A stretch of DNA of 64,000 nucleotides. Origin: an uncultured Candidatus Binatia bacterium. Its GTDB lineage: Bacteria > Desulfobacterota > Binatia > Bin18. A program made the translations under genes and the position numbers. The notes under the pieces were generated by a model. It was not told where the DNA came from and made no database searches. It saw only the letters and a program-made list of their open reading frames with translations. This document shows positions 40,747 to 49,608 of the stretch, in pieces; position 1 is the stretch's first letter; every line of letters begins with the position of its first letter. The DNA lies in contig OZ243961.1 of assembly GCA_965214605.1 (NCBI GenBank), positions 1,120,001 through 1,184,000 of the forward strand. The letters are read 5' to 3'.

Positions 40747-41835
40747 TCATACGCCCCGCTCAACCAAGTCCCAGGCGGCGGTCGCCAACTGCTTGCACTT
40801 TTCACCACGGGTGATGGCTTCGGGCGAGCTGGCATTGCCATCAAGCGCCCGTTTGTACACCCCCTGGACAATTGCCGCCAGTCGGAAGAGCGAAAACACC
40901 ACGTAGAAGTTCCAGTTTTCAATAGCCGAGCGGTCCATCTGTTGGCAGTAGCGAGCCACGCACTCCTGCTCAGATGGAATGCCGTAGGTGGTAACATTGA
41001 GGTGGGTGATGTCCCCCCGGATATCGTCCGGCACCTGATAGGGTAGACAGTTATAGGCCAAATCGGACAGGGGCGCACCGAGCGTACTCAGCTCCCAGTC
41101 AACAACGGCTAACACCTGGGGCTGGGTGGGATGAAACAGCAGGTTCTCTAAGCGAAAATCGCCATGCACAATCGTGGTCTCATCGTCATCCGGCAGATGC
41201 TCGGGCAGCCAGGCTATGAGCCGTTCCATGGCCGGCAGCTCATCCGTTTTGCTCGCCTCGTACTGCTTGGACCAGCGCCTGACCTGGCGGCCCATATAGC
41301 CGCCGATCCGACCGTAGTCCTCAAGCCCAACCGCCCGGAAATCAACCTGATGGATCTTGGCCATAGTATCAATCATGGTTTCATACACCGCCCGCCGCTC
41401 GCTCGGAGCGAGGTCGGGCAGCTCATACCCACGAAACACGCGACCCTCAACAAAATCCATAATATAAAAATCCACACCCAGCACTAACGGGTCCTGACAC
41501 AGGACATGCGGTTTGGCGACCGGCACATCAGTATCCCACAGAGCCGAGATGATTCGAAATTCTCGGTCAACCGCGTGGGCCGAGGGCAGTAGCTTGCCAG
41601 GCGGTTTTTTGCGCAGCACGTAACGCCGTCCAGCCCCATCCGTCAAGATGAAGGTCGGGTTCGACATCCCGCCCCGCACCTGTCCAACCGATAGCGGCGG
41701 ACTGAAGGCCTCGATATGTTCGGCCATGTAGCGCGCCAGCGCGGCCTCATCAAAACGATGCTGGTCAAGCACTGGAGCAGTCTCAGCCGTGAGCGAAGTG
41801 AGCGGGCTGGTCTCTACTGCCTGGATTGTCGCCAT
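40747..41835 (-). CDS. APH-family phosphotransferase (ACAD10/11 kinase-like), copy 1
   Basis: Same motifs as copy 2; AAGGAG RBS. Confidence 0.9.
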   Translation of the reverse strand: MATIQAVETSPLTSLTAETAPVLDQHRFDEAALARYMAEHIEAFSPPLSVGQVRGGMSNPTFILTDGAGRRYVLRKKPPGKLLPSAHAVDREFRIISALWDTDVPVAKPHVLCQDPLVLGVDFYIMDFVEGRVFRGYELPDLAPSERRAVYETMIDTMAKIHQVDFRAVGLEDYGRIGGYMGRQVRRWSKQYEASKTDELPAMERLIAWLPEHLPDDDETTIVHGDFRLENLLFHPTQPQVLAVVDWELSTLGAPLSDLAYNCLPYQVPDDIRGDITHLNVTTYGIPSEQECVARYCQQMDRSAIENWNFYVVFSLFRLAAIVQGVYKRALDGNASSPEAITRGEKCKQLATAAWDLVERGV

Positions 41836-41940
41836 CGCACGTCTCTCCTTTTTGGCGCTGACAAGATGCTCAAGTGGCCTCGTCCACGAATTGTTCCCCT
41901 AGTTCAATCACCCAACAATAGGTATCGTCAAGGCGAGCGT

Positions 41941-42498
41941 TCAGCCAACGCGAGTTTGTCGCTCACGACCAAGGGTCACGATCCGCAACGTCCCGTCAAC
42001 CTGTTCGAGCACCGTACAGGAGCAGTGATCCGGTTCAAAACACACCATCCGCTCATCTTTCCTCGCCACCCCCACCGCAGCATTGATGGCCACAAAATGG
42101 GTCGTGATCAAGCTCGACGTTTGTAGGCTGCACAGAAAAGCGACCAGGTGCTCCTTCCAGTCCTGATAGAACTGCGGCAGGTCACTCCAGCGGCCGCGCA
42201 AGGCGCGGCGAATCCAGGCCGCGCGTTCGGCAAGATCTTGGCCAGGCGAAGGAATTTCGGCCACCACAGGCTCAATCCGCGCCTCACACTTCCACCTCCT
42301 CTCAAACGGAACGGCGGTATCGCGGGCGCGCTGCAGCGGACTGCTAATCAGAGACAGGCGGCCGAGCGGTTCGAGCCGTTTTGCCAGGGCTGCTGCCTGG
42401 CGGTGTCCAAGCTCATTGAGTCCAGGGTCTGGATCTTCCCCAAATCCGGCTTGAGGCTGGCCGTGGCGGACGAGGTAGAGTTTGGGAGAAGACGGCAT
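41941..42498 (-). CDS. histidine phosphatase family protein
   Basis: LVRHG, SSPLQRARDTA, second His in ITTH. Confidence 0.88.
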   Translation of the reverse strand: MPSSPKLYLVRHGQPQAGFGEDPDPGLNELGHRQAAALAKRLEPLGRLSLISSPLQRARDTAVPFERRWKCEARIEPVVAEIPSPGQDLAERAAWIRRALRGRWSDLPQFYQDWKEHLVAFLCSLQTSSLITTHFVAINAAVGVARKDERMVCFEPDHCSCTVLEQVDGTLRIVTLGRERQTRVG

Positions 42499-42673
42499 CG
42501 TGTATTCCTTTCGTGCCAAAAAATGGGCAGCCATGTTGCTTTTCGGGGGAGGGTGAGAACCTCTTGTTCGGCCTTAGAGTTATCCACTAGGTGGCTCAGC
42601 AAGGATACTTTTGCCTAAAAAATCAGGGCCAGATGGCCGCTTCAGGGCCCTCCCCAGTGCAGGTACTCCAGTG

Positions 42674-42689
42674 TGGCACGATACATGCC
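42674..42689 (+). promoter_or_regulatory. sigma-54-type -24/-12 promoter
   Basis: TGGCACGATACATGC (GG-N10-GC), about 55 nt upstream of ATG 42743. Confidence 0.6.
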
Positions 42690-42742
42690 TTTTCTCTACT
42701 GTACGATGCCTCCACACTCACCCGGCAGGACAGGGAGAGACC

Positions 42743-43720
42743 ATGTATGACGCATGGGAGGGCTGGCTATGCCCGGGGGGTGACGCAATGTTCCCTCCTG
42801 AGGGGACACCGCGGCCAGCTGCAGAATTACTGCCGGAAAAGATTCAAGGTCTGCCCGATGGAGAAATTCTCCGTCTGCAGGAAGCGGCCGAAGGCACTCT
42901 GCTGAATATGGGATTCACCTCATAGCAGCTATAGCGACGGGACTGGGATGGAAAAAATCGGGCCGTTTGATCCACTGCCACGGATCATTGACGCACCGGA
43001 GCGGGCGGACATGGGTTGAGCGTGGCCTCAAGCAGCGCCGACAGACCCTAAAACTTTTCATCGACGCTATTTACCACGACTCAAAAATCTTCAAGGACAG
43101 CGTTATCCTCGAAGAGACTGTTCGGCCACCAGGGTTCGCCCCTCGTGTGTCAGCCTTGATCCCTCGTGAGACCTGGGGTGCCATATTACTGTCACCGAAT
43201 CCGAGACCGCGACAGCCAAATCTCCATCTTGGAAGATAACCTTCGCTGCCCATCCGAGGCCTCCTAGGGACTTCACTGACAGCCCATGAAGCGGACCTTC
43301 CCTTGGTCTTTGAAGCCTCTCAGAGCCGCCCGGTTGGGACTTACCCGGACCGCCCCGCTGTCCTTAGCCCCAGGCTCGCCTGAACACGCAAACGGTCGCA
43401 GCGGTGCTCCAACTCAGCCTCTTTTGAGTCTTCGTTTCCAGCTTAGCAAACGGGTGTTGAGTCGGGCGAGAGGGGGGGGGGGACAGCCAACGGATTTGTC
43501 CAAACGCGAACGCCCCTAGGGAGCGAGCGTGTTGTCTTGCCGGATTGATGATGATTTTCTTGATCCAAAGGGCGGGGCTGACTCAATGTCCGGCATCCTG
43601 GGCATCATGGATGTCTACAAAGCTGGCCCCATCGGTCGACGCCTCCGGCACGGACATTACCGACGAGAAGGTCATCTGCGGCTATGTACAATCTGTCTGT
43701 GTCGGGAAGCCTCTAAATCG
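42743..43720 (+). pseudogene. decayed circularly permuted ATP-grasp type 2 gene
   Basis: Fragments in shifting frames: PFDPLPRII, ERGLKQR..LKLFIDAIYHD, ILEDNLRCPS, MKRTFP, RIDDDFLDP, GTDITDEKVICGYV; stops, frameshifts, C-terminus missing; end approximate. Confidence 0.85.
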
Positions 43721-43819
43721 CCACTGCGCCTTGGAGCATTTTGAGCAGGATCGAAGAGGGCATAGTTTGCTGTCTAGGCCAATTGGCGGATCTATCCCAG
43801 CAGCCGGGGGATTGGCCGA

Positions 43820-44704
43820 TTAGGCCCGTTTTGCCTCGACCGCCACCTCCAGACTATGCGTCCCACCACCGAAGGCCACCCCTTTTAAGGGCGTCACATC
43901 GCTGTAATCTCGACCCCAGGCCAGGACGACATGTTGGTCGGTTGGAATCAGGTTATTGGTCGGATCAAAATCCACCCAGCCCTGACCAGGGCTGTAGACC
44001 GACACCCAGGCGTGGGAAGCCGCGGCTCCAATCAAGGACGCCGAGTTAGCCTGGCCAGACGCTGGCACGGTTTCGAGATAGCCGCTGACATAGCGGGCGG
44101 CCAGGCCTAAGGATCGAAGACACGCAATAGCCAGCTGAGCATAATCCTGACACACCCCCCGGCGATGGGACAAGACCTCGTAGACCGAAGTCGCCGCGTT
44201 GGTGAAGTCAGGGTCATAGGTCAGGTCGTGATATATGCGCTCCATCAGCTCGCGGACCGCTTTGAGCAGGCAGCGTCCAGACGAGAACGACGGGGCGGCA
44301 TATTCGGCAAAAGCCGAGGCGGCAGCGATCATTGGAGAGTCCAAAACAAATTGACGGGCGGTCAGCTGCTCCGGGGCGAGATTGTGGAGCAGATCCCGGC
44401 CGACTTCCTCCCAGGCCAGCGAAGCCTCCAACGGGGGAGACGCAACAGGACTGAGCAGCACCGTGCTCGACGCGCTTACCTCAAGCACGGTATGAGATTC
44501 CTGGATCGCAAAGTAGACCACCCGGTTGCCAAAAAAATCCTCACGTTCCTGATACACCGTCGGGACCGGATTGATCCGGAGTTGGCTGGTCTGACACTGT
44601 TGGCGCTCAAAAGAGCGCGGCAACAGATAGGCTTCATTCTGACAGTGCGAGACCGGCAGACTATAGCGATAGCGGGTCGTATGGAGGACGGTGTAGGGAA
44701 TCAT
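43820..44704 (-). CDS. transglutaminase family protein
   Basis: HTTRYRY N-terminal domain, GVCQDYA, YVSGYL, HAW, DFDPTN, GRDYSDV motifs. Confidence 0.92.
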   Translation of the reverse strand: MIPYTVLHTTRYRYSLPVSHCQNEAYLLPRSFERQQCQTSQLRINPVPTVYQEREDFFGNRVVYFAIQESHTVLEVSASSTVLLSPVASPPLEASLAWEEVGRDLLHNLAPEQLTARQFVLDSPMIAAASAFAEYAAPSFSSGRCLLKAVRELMERIYHDLTYDPDFTNAATSVYEVLSHRRGVCQDYAQLAIACLRSLGLAARYVSGYLETVPASGQANSASLIGAAASHAWVSVYSPGQGWVDFDPTNNLIPTDQHVVLAWGRDYSDVTPLKGVAFGGGTHSLEVAVEAKRA

Positions 44705-47244
44705 ATCCGATGTCCCATCAATTGTTGTTGGGCTTCGATATGGCTGAAGTAGGTCTGACTCAGGGCGTCGGAAAGGGCTAGCAGAAAGGCTCCGAGCTGG
44801 GCAAACAGTTCGTCTAGCTTTTCATACACCGGCTCTTCCCACACCGTCTGCGACAGCCCCTCAATATCCGTTGTGCGCAGCTTGGTCAGGGCTTGCAGCG
44901 CGAGGCGCTGGACCGGGCTGCGGTGCGGCAAGCTGGCCTTGCGAGGCAAGCGCTCGGCATGCTCCTGGAGGCGGACGAGCTGATAGCCGAGCGAGCGGGG
45001 GTTGCTCTCATCGTGCAATAACAGGTCGAGCACAGCCTGGGCGTCTATCTGGCTGTAATAGCGCCGCCGATAGGTCCGTCGGCTGTCGGTCATGGTCAGC
45101 ACCACCTCCCACAGGCCACTCTGACCGCCAGTTGTCATCTCGCAGGCGATATGCAGCAGACTGATGGAGTGCAGGGCACGTTCCAGCCGCCGGCCCATCT
45201 CCAGAAATCGAAAACCTTGGCCCCGGATCATGTTTTCAGCCATCAGCCCGGTAAAGGCGGCCAGCCCGGCGATCACCCGAGACAGGCTTTGCAAGGTCTG
45301 CTCCAGGCTCAGCCCCGAGGAGAGATCCCGGTCAAGCGTGTGCAGCATCCGGACCGTATCGTCGGATAGACGATCACGGACTGTCCGCTCGGCCTGCAAC
45401 AGGGCGTCAAGCGTAAAACGCAAACTGCCCGGGCGCGTCGGCTCAAGGATGACCGCCAGCAGCTCGGGCTCGTCAGCCACCAACCGCCGGTTGACGCCAT
45501 GGCTCACCAGGTGCAGATAAGTCACTGCTTGATGGGTCACCGCGGACAACAATCCCGGCAAATAGGTATCATGATGGACGACCTCGGTGTCCAGCAGACG
45601 CGACAACATCTCCCGATACACTCGGGCGCTGCTCTCCATGCGCTCGGTATAGCGTCCGAGCCAAAACAGATTATCGGCCACTCGGCTCGGAATCTCTCCG
45701 CCACTCCGTGTCAGGGCAACCGGCCGCTCGGTCGAGGGCAACAGACTCACTGTCTGTTCGGGCTCTGAGGCCAAGACCCAGATATCCTTACTCACCCCGC
45801 TATCGTGACTCGACACCTGCCAGACATCCGGGTCGGGCGCCACCCGCGCCAGCCCACCTGGCATCACCACATAACCATCGTTCCGCGCCACCAAAAAACT
45901 GCGCAACATCAGGGGACGCGGTGCCAGTCTCCCATCCACAAAAGTCGGGGCGGTGGACACCGTAATCGGCTCTTGAGCAACGTAACGGTGCGGCTGAGCT
46001 TTGATGCGGGCCATGAGGGCTTCTCGCTCGGCCGCGGACAGCTGAGCACCAAAGACAGCTTCAGAGCCGGCATGCGGAACGGTCGGTTTAATCACCAGAC
46101 GCTCCAGATGGGCTAGCACATAGCGCCGCTCCTCCTCCCCACCACACCACCAAGTGGCAACAGACGGCAGGTGCAAATCCTGTCCCAGGAGTTCTCTGCA
46201 GAGGACCGGCAAAAAGGCCAGCAGACCAGGATTTTCGAGGATGCCGACGCCCAGCGGATTGGCAACTACGGTCTGATGCGTGCGCGTCACTTGGACCAGC
46301 CCAGGGATGCCCAGCAGCGAGTCTTTGCACAGCTCCAGCGGATCACAAAACGTATCGTCAACCCGCCGCAATACGGCGTCAACCCGCTGGAGGCCGTCCA
46401 GGGTTTTGAGCCACAGACACCCGTCTCGGACGGTCAAATCGCTCCCCTGGGCCAAGGTGTAGTCGAGGTATTGGGCGACATAAGCGTGTTCAAAATAGGC
46501 CGCGTTCCCCGGCCCCGGCGTCAACAACACAGTCCGGCCCGGCTCCTCTCGGTGGGGGACTAGGGTGGCCAGGGAGCTGCGCAAGGCCCGAAAATACAGG
46601 GCCAAGCGATGGACATGGGCATCACGGTACAAACTCGGAAAGACCCGCGATAGGGTCAGTCGGTTCTCCAGGGCATAGCCGGCACCTGAGGGCGCTTGGG
46701 TCCGGTCGTCAATGATCCGTATACTGCCGTCACGGGAGCGGACAAAATCAGCCGCATAGGAAAACAGAAAACGCCCGGACGGCGGACTGATAGTGACACA
46801 GGCGCGTAAAAATCCGGGATGGCTATAGATCAAATCAAGCGGCAAGAAGCCCTGTCTGACAAGTTTCTGTGGGCCATACAGGTCGGCCAGAATAAGATTA
46901 TACAGCTCAGCGCGCTGAATCAGACCGCGTTCAATACCGCTCCACTCCTGGCTAGTCAGCAGGACCGGGATCAGATCAAGCGCCCACGGCCGCTCCCCGC
47001 CTCGAGTATCCGAGTGCGCATTATAGGTAACCCCGTTTTCGTGCAGCAGGCGGCGGACTTCCCGTTCGCGTCCCAGCAGGGCCCGAGATCCAAGGGCGTC
47101 CAAGGCGTGAATAACATATTTCCAGTGGGAACGCGGCTGTTGGGGGGCCGCGCATAGTTCGTCGTAGCTCCCCGTCGGGGCCTGATAAGCCGCAAGAAGA
47201 CTGATGGGTGCCGGGGCCGGAACGGCGAGGTCCGCGTCAAGCAT
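44701..47244 (-). CDS. circularly permuted ATP-grasp type 2 fused to alpha-E domain
   Basis: QAPSGAGYALENR, AYFEHA, RRVDDTFCDPLEL, MPGGLARV, SKDIW, then LFWLGRYTER and GRRLER alpha-E motifs. Confidence 0.92.
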   Translation of the reverse strand: MLDADLAVPAPAPISLLAAYQAPTGSYDELCAAPQQPRSHWKYVIHALDALGSRALLGREREVRRLLHENGVTYNAHSDTRGGERPWALDLIPVLLTSQEWSGIERGLIQRAELYNLILADLYGPQKLVRQGFLPLDLIYSHPGFLRACVTISPPSGRFLFSYAADFVRSRDGSIRIIDDRTQAPSGAGYALENRLTLSRVFPSLYRDAHVHRLALYFRALRSSLATLVPHREEPGRTVLLTPGPGNAAYFEHAYVAQYLDYTLAQGSDLTVRDGCLWLKTLDGLQRVDAVLRRVDDTFCDPLELCKDSLLGIPGLVQVTRTHQTVVANPLGVGILENPGLLAFLPVLCRELLGQDLHLPSVATWWCGGEEERRYVLAHLERLVIKPTVPHAGSEAVFGAQLSAAEREALMARIKAQPHRYVAQEPITVSTAPTFVDGRLAPRPLMLRSFLVARNDGYVVMPGGLARVAPDPDVWQVSSHDSGVSKDIWVLASEPEQTVSLLPSTERPVALTRSGGEIPSRVADNLFWLGRYTERMESSARVYREMLSRLLDTEVVHHDTYLPGLLSAVTHQAVTYLHLVSHGVNRRLVADEPELLAVILEPTRPGSLRFTLDALLQAERTVRDRLSDDTVRMLHTLDRDLSSGLSLEQTLQSLSRVIAGLAAFTGLMAENMIRGQGFRFLEMGRRLERALHSISLLHIACEMTTGGQSGLWEVVLTMTDSRRTYRRRYYSQIDAQAVLDLLLHDESNPRSLGYQLVRLQEHAERLPRKASLPHRSPVQRLALQALTKLRTTDIEGLSQTVWEEPVYEKLDELFAQLGAFLLALSDALSQTYFSHIEAQQQLMGHRI

Positions 47245-47420
47245 TGTATGTTCTCTCCACTCTGCCCGCCGAGTGTGGACTATTTAATCATCGGCATACT
47301 GCTGACTCAAGATCAGGCGACTGTTCCTCCAACAGCAGCCTGCTGATGAAAAAACGAGCAGGTTTGACAGCGGCCCACCGTCAAACGGGCATATTTCCCA
47401 GTCTCAGAGCCGAACCATGC

Positions 47421-47436
47421 TGGCACGATATCTGCA
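47421..47436 (+). promoter_or_regulatory. sigma-54-type -24/-12 promoter with no recognisable downstream gene
   Basis: TGGCACGATATCTGCA (GG-N10-GC). Confidence 0.55.
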
Positions 47437-47446
47437 AGGGAAAAGC

Positions 47447-47550
47447 TGTGCGACCGGAGCAGATAGTGGAGAAGACGCCTCAGCCCTCTTGGCTTCTCTC
47501 TGCTATAGTGGGGGATGGTGTCTCTCTCCTGCACCATCCCCCTATTCTTG
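47447..47550 (+). ncRNA. candidate sigma-54-dependent sRNA
   Basis: Bounded by the sigma-54 motif and an 11-bp hairpin (47510-47542) followed by TATTCTT; CU-rich loop. Confidence 0.35.
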
Positions 47551-47558
47551 CGCTCATA

Positions 47559-47588
47559 ATAAAAAGGGCAGCCCCTTTGGGCTGCCCT
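47559..47588 (-). terminator. intrinsic terminator of the PHA operon
   Basis: AGGGCAGCCC/GGGCTGCCCT stem followed by a T tract on the minus strand, downstream of phaC. Confidence 0.8.
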
Positions 47589-47624
47589 GCTCTTAGTCTT
47601 GGCTGAAGCGGCGTGTCAAGAGTA

Positions 47625-47677
47625 GACCCACCGCGCTCCTTAGTGACCCACCGCGCTCCTTAGTGACCCACCGCGCT
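47625..47677. repeat. 20-bp tandem direct repeat (2 copies plus 13 bp) spanning the phaC stop codon
   Basis: GACCCACCGCGCTCCTTAGT at 47625 and 47645; partial copy at 47665. Confidence 0.9.
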
Positions 47678-48745
47678 GTCTCGCTCACGCAGCCACGTCC
47701 CGACCTGTGGCCAGAGTTTTCTCTGCGCTCCGGTACTGACCGCAGCCCCGATATGCCCGGTCGGAAAGATCAGGTTGGTTGCGTCTTCACTGCCGACTAG
47801 ATCGACTAGGGGCAGGCTGGACTGCGGGTGAACCACATCATCGTGCTGGCCGATCACATTCAGCACTGGACAGGTAATATTCTGAAGATCAACGGTTTGA
47901 CCCCGAATCTGGAACTCACTCTTGATCAGGGCATTTTTCTCATTCAGCTCTTCGATCATCTCGCGGAAGATCCGACCTGCCATCGGCACGTCGCTGTTCA
48001 TCCACTTCTCGAACAGGTCGAACATCTGGACGTAATCTTTGTTCTCTTTGCCCCGATACAAGCCGATATATTTATCCAACGCATGATGGACTGGGGCCAT
48101 TGCGTCAAAAGAGGCTTTCATAAACCAGGACGGACAGTTGCCGTACACATCGGTTACCAGCTTCAGGGTTTCGGGCGAAATCTTTTCCATGAGCGTCTGG
48201 ATCGGCAGCTCACGGACGTTCATGTCGAGCGGCAGGGTAAAGTTAATGAGATTCTTGACTTGGTCCGGATACAAGGCGGTGTACATCGTGGTCAGCAGGC
48301 CGCCAAAGCAGTAGCCGAGCAGCGATACCTGATCGACACCCTCACGAATCTGGATGGCCCGCACCGCATTAGCGAGGTCGCCGTTGACATAGGCGTCAAA
48401 GCCACGCCAACTGTCGACCTGGGTCGGCGGAACCCAGTCGATAAAATAGACCTCCAGCCCGTTCTTGGTCAGGGTTTCAACCACGCTACGGCCAGGCAGC
48501 AGATCCAGAATGAACGGCCGCTTGACCAACGAGTAGCAAATCAGGATTGGAGTAGCCAAAGGCTCACCAATAGCCGGGTAGTAGCGCAGACGGATTTTGC
48601 CGCCCTCGTAGACCAGCTCATACGAGGTGGTCGGAGGTGGGTCTTCCTCGGCCGGATACGCCTCGCCCACCCCGCGTCGAAAACCGTGCAGGCTGCGCAC
48701 CGTGCCTTCAAGCAAATATTTCGGAAGTTCAGTGAGTAAAGACAT
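47660..48745 (-). CDS. phaC: PHA synthase catalytic subunit, class III/IV size
   Basis: YSLVKRPFILDL, lipase box GYCFGG, HDDVV, GHIG; 361 aa from ATG 48745. Confidence 0.88.
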   Translation of the reverse strand: MSLLTELPKYLLEGTVRSLHGFRRGVGEAYPAEEDPPPTTSYELVYEGGKIRLRYYPAIGEPLATPILICYSLVKRPFILDLLPGRSVVETLTKNGLEVYFIDWVPPTQVDSWRGFDAYVNGDLANAVRAIQIREGVDQVSLLGYCFGGLLTTMYTALYPDQVKNLINFTLPLDMNVRELPIQTLMEKISPETLKLVTDVYGNCPSWFMKASFDAMAPVHHALDKYIGLYRGKENKDYVQMFDLFEKWMNSDVPMAGRIFREMIEELNEKNALIKSEFQIRGQTVDLQNITCPVLNVIGQHDDVVHPQSSLPLVDLVGSEDATNLIFPTGHIGAAVSTGAQRKLWPQVGTWLRERDSAVGH

Positions 48746-48765
48746 GGTTCGGGTCCTCGTAGGGA

Positions 48766-49224
48766 TTAGGCCACCTTGCTGTGGAGCTGGACCACCTCGC
48801 TGGGCTTGGCCGCGGGGTTGACTTTCGGTTTGATCTGCAACTCGACCGGTTGGACCTTCTCGGCCAGGGCTTGGACCTCTGCACGCAGGGCTTGGACCTC
48901 TGCAGCGGTGGGCAGACCCACGGCTCGCCACAGACCGGTGAAAAAAGCGCCGGTCAGCGCATCGCCGACCTTCTGCCAACGCAGGATTCCGTCCAGGGCC
49001 GCTGCCGCCGTCTCACCAACAAGCGGGTTGCGGTACAGATCGTCAATCGCCATTGAGGTGAGTTTGGCTGCAGCGTCATAGCCCTTCCAGGCCGCCCTAG
49101 CCGCCTCCTTTTCATCGCCCATCCCCAGTCCAATCCGTAACCCGGCGAACGGCAGATCCACCCACAGTGCCGTATAGGCGGTCAGGAACTCGTTCATCCC
49201 TTTCTTCATTGCTGTATCTGCCAT
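48766..49224 (-). CDS. short PhaE/PhaR-like PHA synthase partner
   Basis: Directly upstream of phaC; GLPTAAEVQALRAEVQALAEKV coiled coil resembles PhaE/PhaR C-termini; AAGGAG RBS. Confidence 0.6.
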   Translation of the reverse strand: MADTAMKKGMNEFLTAYTALWVDLPFAGLRIGLGMGDEKEAARAAWKGYDAAAKLTSMAIDDLYRNPLVGETAAAALDGILRWQKVGDALTGAFFTGLWRAVGLPTAAEVQALRAEVQALAEKVQPVELQIKPKVNPAAKPSEVVQLHSKVA

Positions 49225-49418
49225 ACTCATCTCCTTCTCCCTGTCAGGACTTTGCAGTTCATGCACGATAGGACAGCGTCTGCCGGTACTCAACAGAACG
49301 CCTGTCACCCAGGTGACTACAGTCGGCGTTTTTCCTACCTAACTGTATTTCGTGTCTCCTTCGTGACAAATCGATGAAATCTGAGTTGGACGTTGCTTGC
49401 CCTAAGATGAGGTATACA

Positions 49419-49434
49419 AGCAAGAATGATGCCG
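49419..49434 (-). promoter_or_regulatory. sigma-54-type promoter of the PHA operon
   Basis: CGGCATCATTCTTGCT on the minus strand (GG-N10-GC). Confidence 0.5.
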
Positions 49435-49608
49435 AAATCGGCCGTGTGAAAACGCCGCAATAAACATAACTTTTTGGGAAGAATGCGAAAAACAGCCACT
49501 GACCTGACCTTTACTGAGGCAGCAGACTGCTGCCTCAGCAACACCGCCCCGCCATGGGCTCGTGATGAGTAATTGGGAGAGCTTTTCTGCTGGCGAGAGC
49601 TTTCCTAC

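Noticed and set aside
47625-47677. Direct repeats as a CRISPR array
   Set aside because: Repeats are contiguous with no spacers, derive from the phaC 3' end, and no cas genes are present.
47828-48739. Long antisense ORFs (also 15019..15636, 19066..19704, 24273..25037)
   Set aside because: Shadows of well-supported genes on the opposite strand, common in GC-rich DNA; no motifs.
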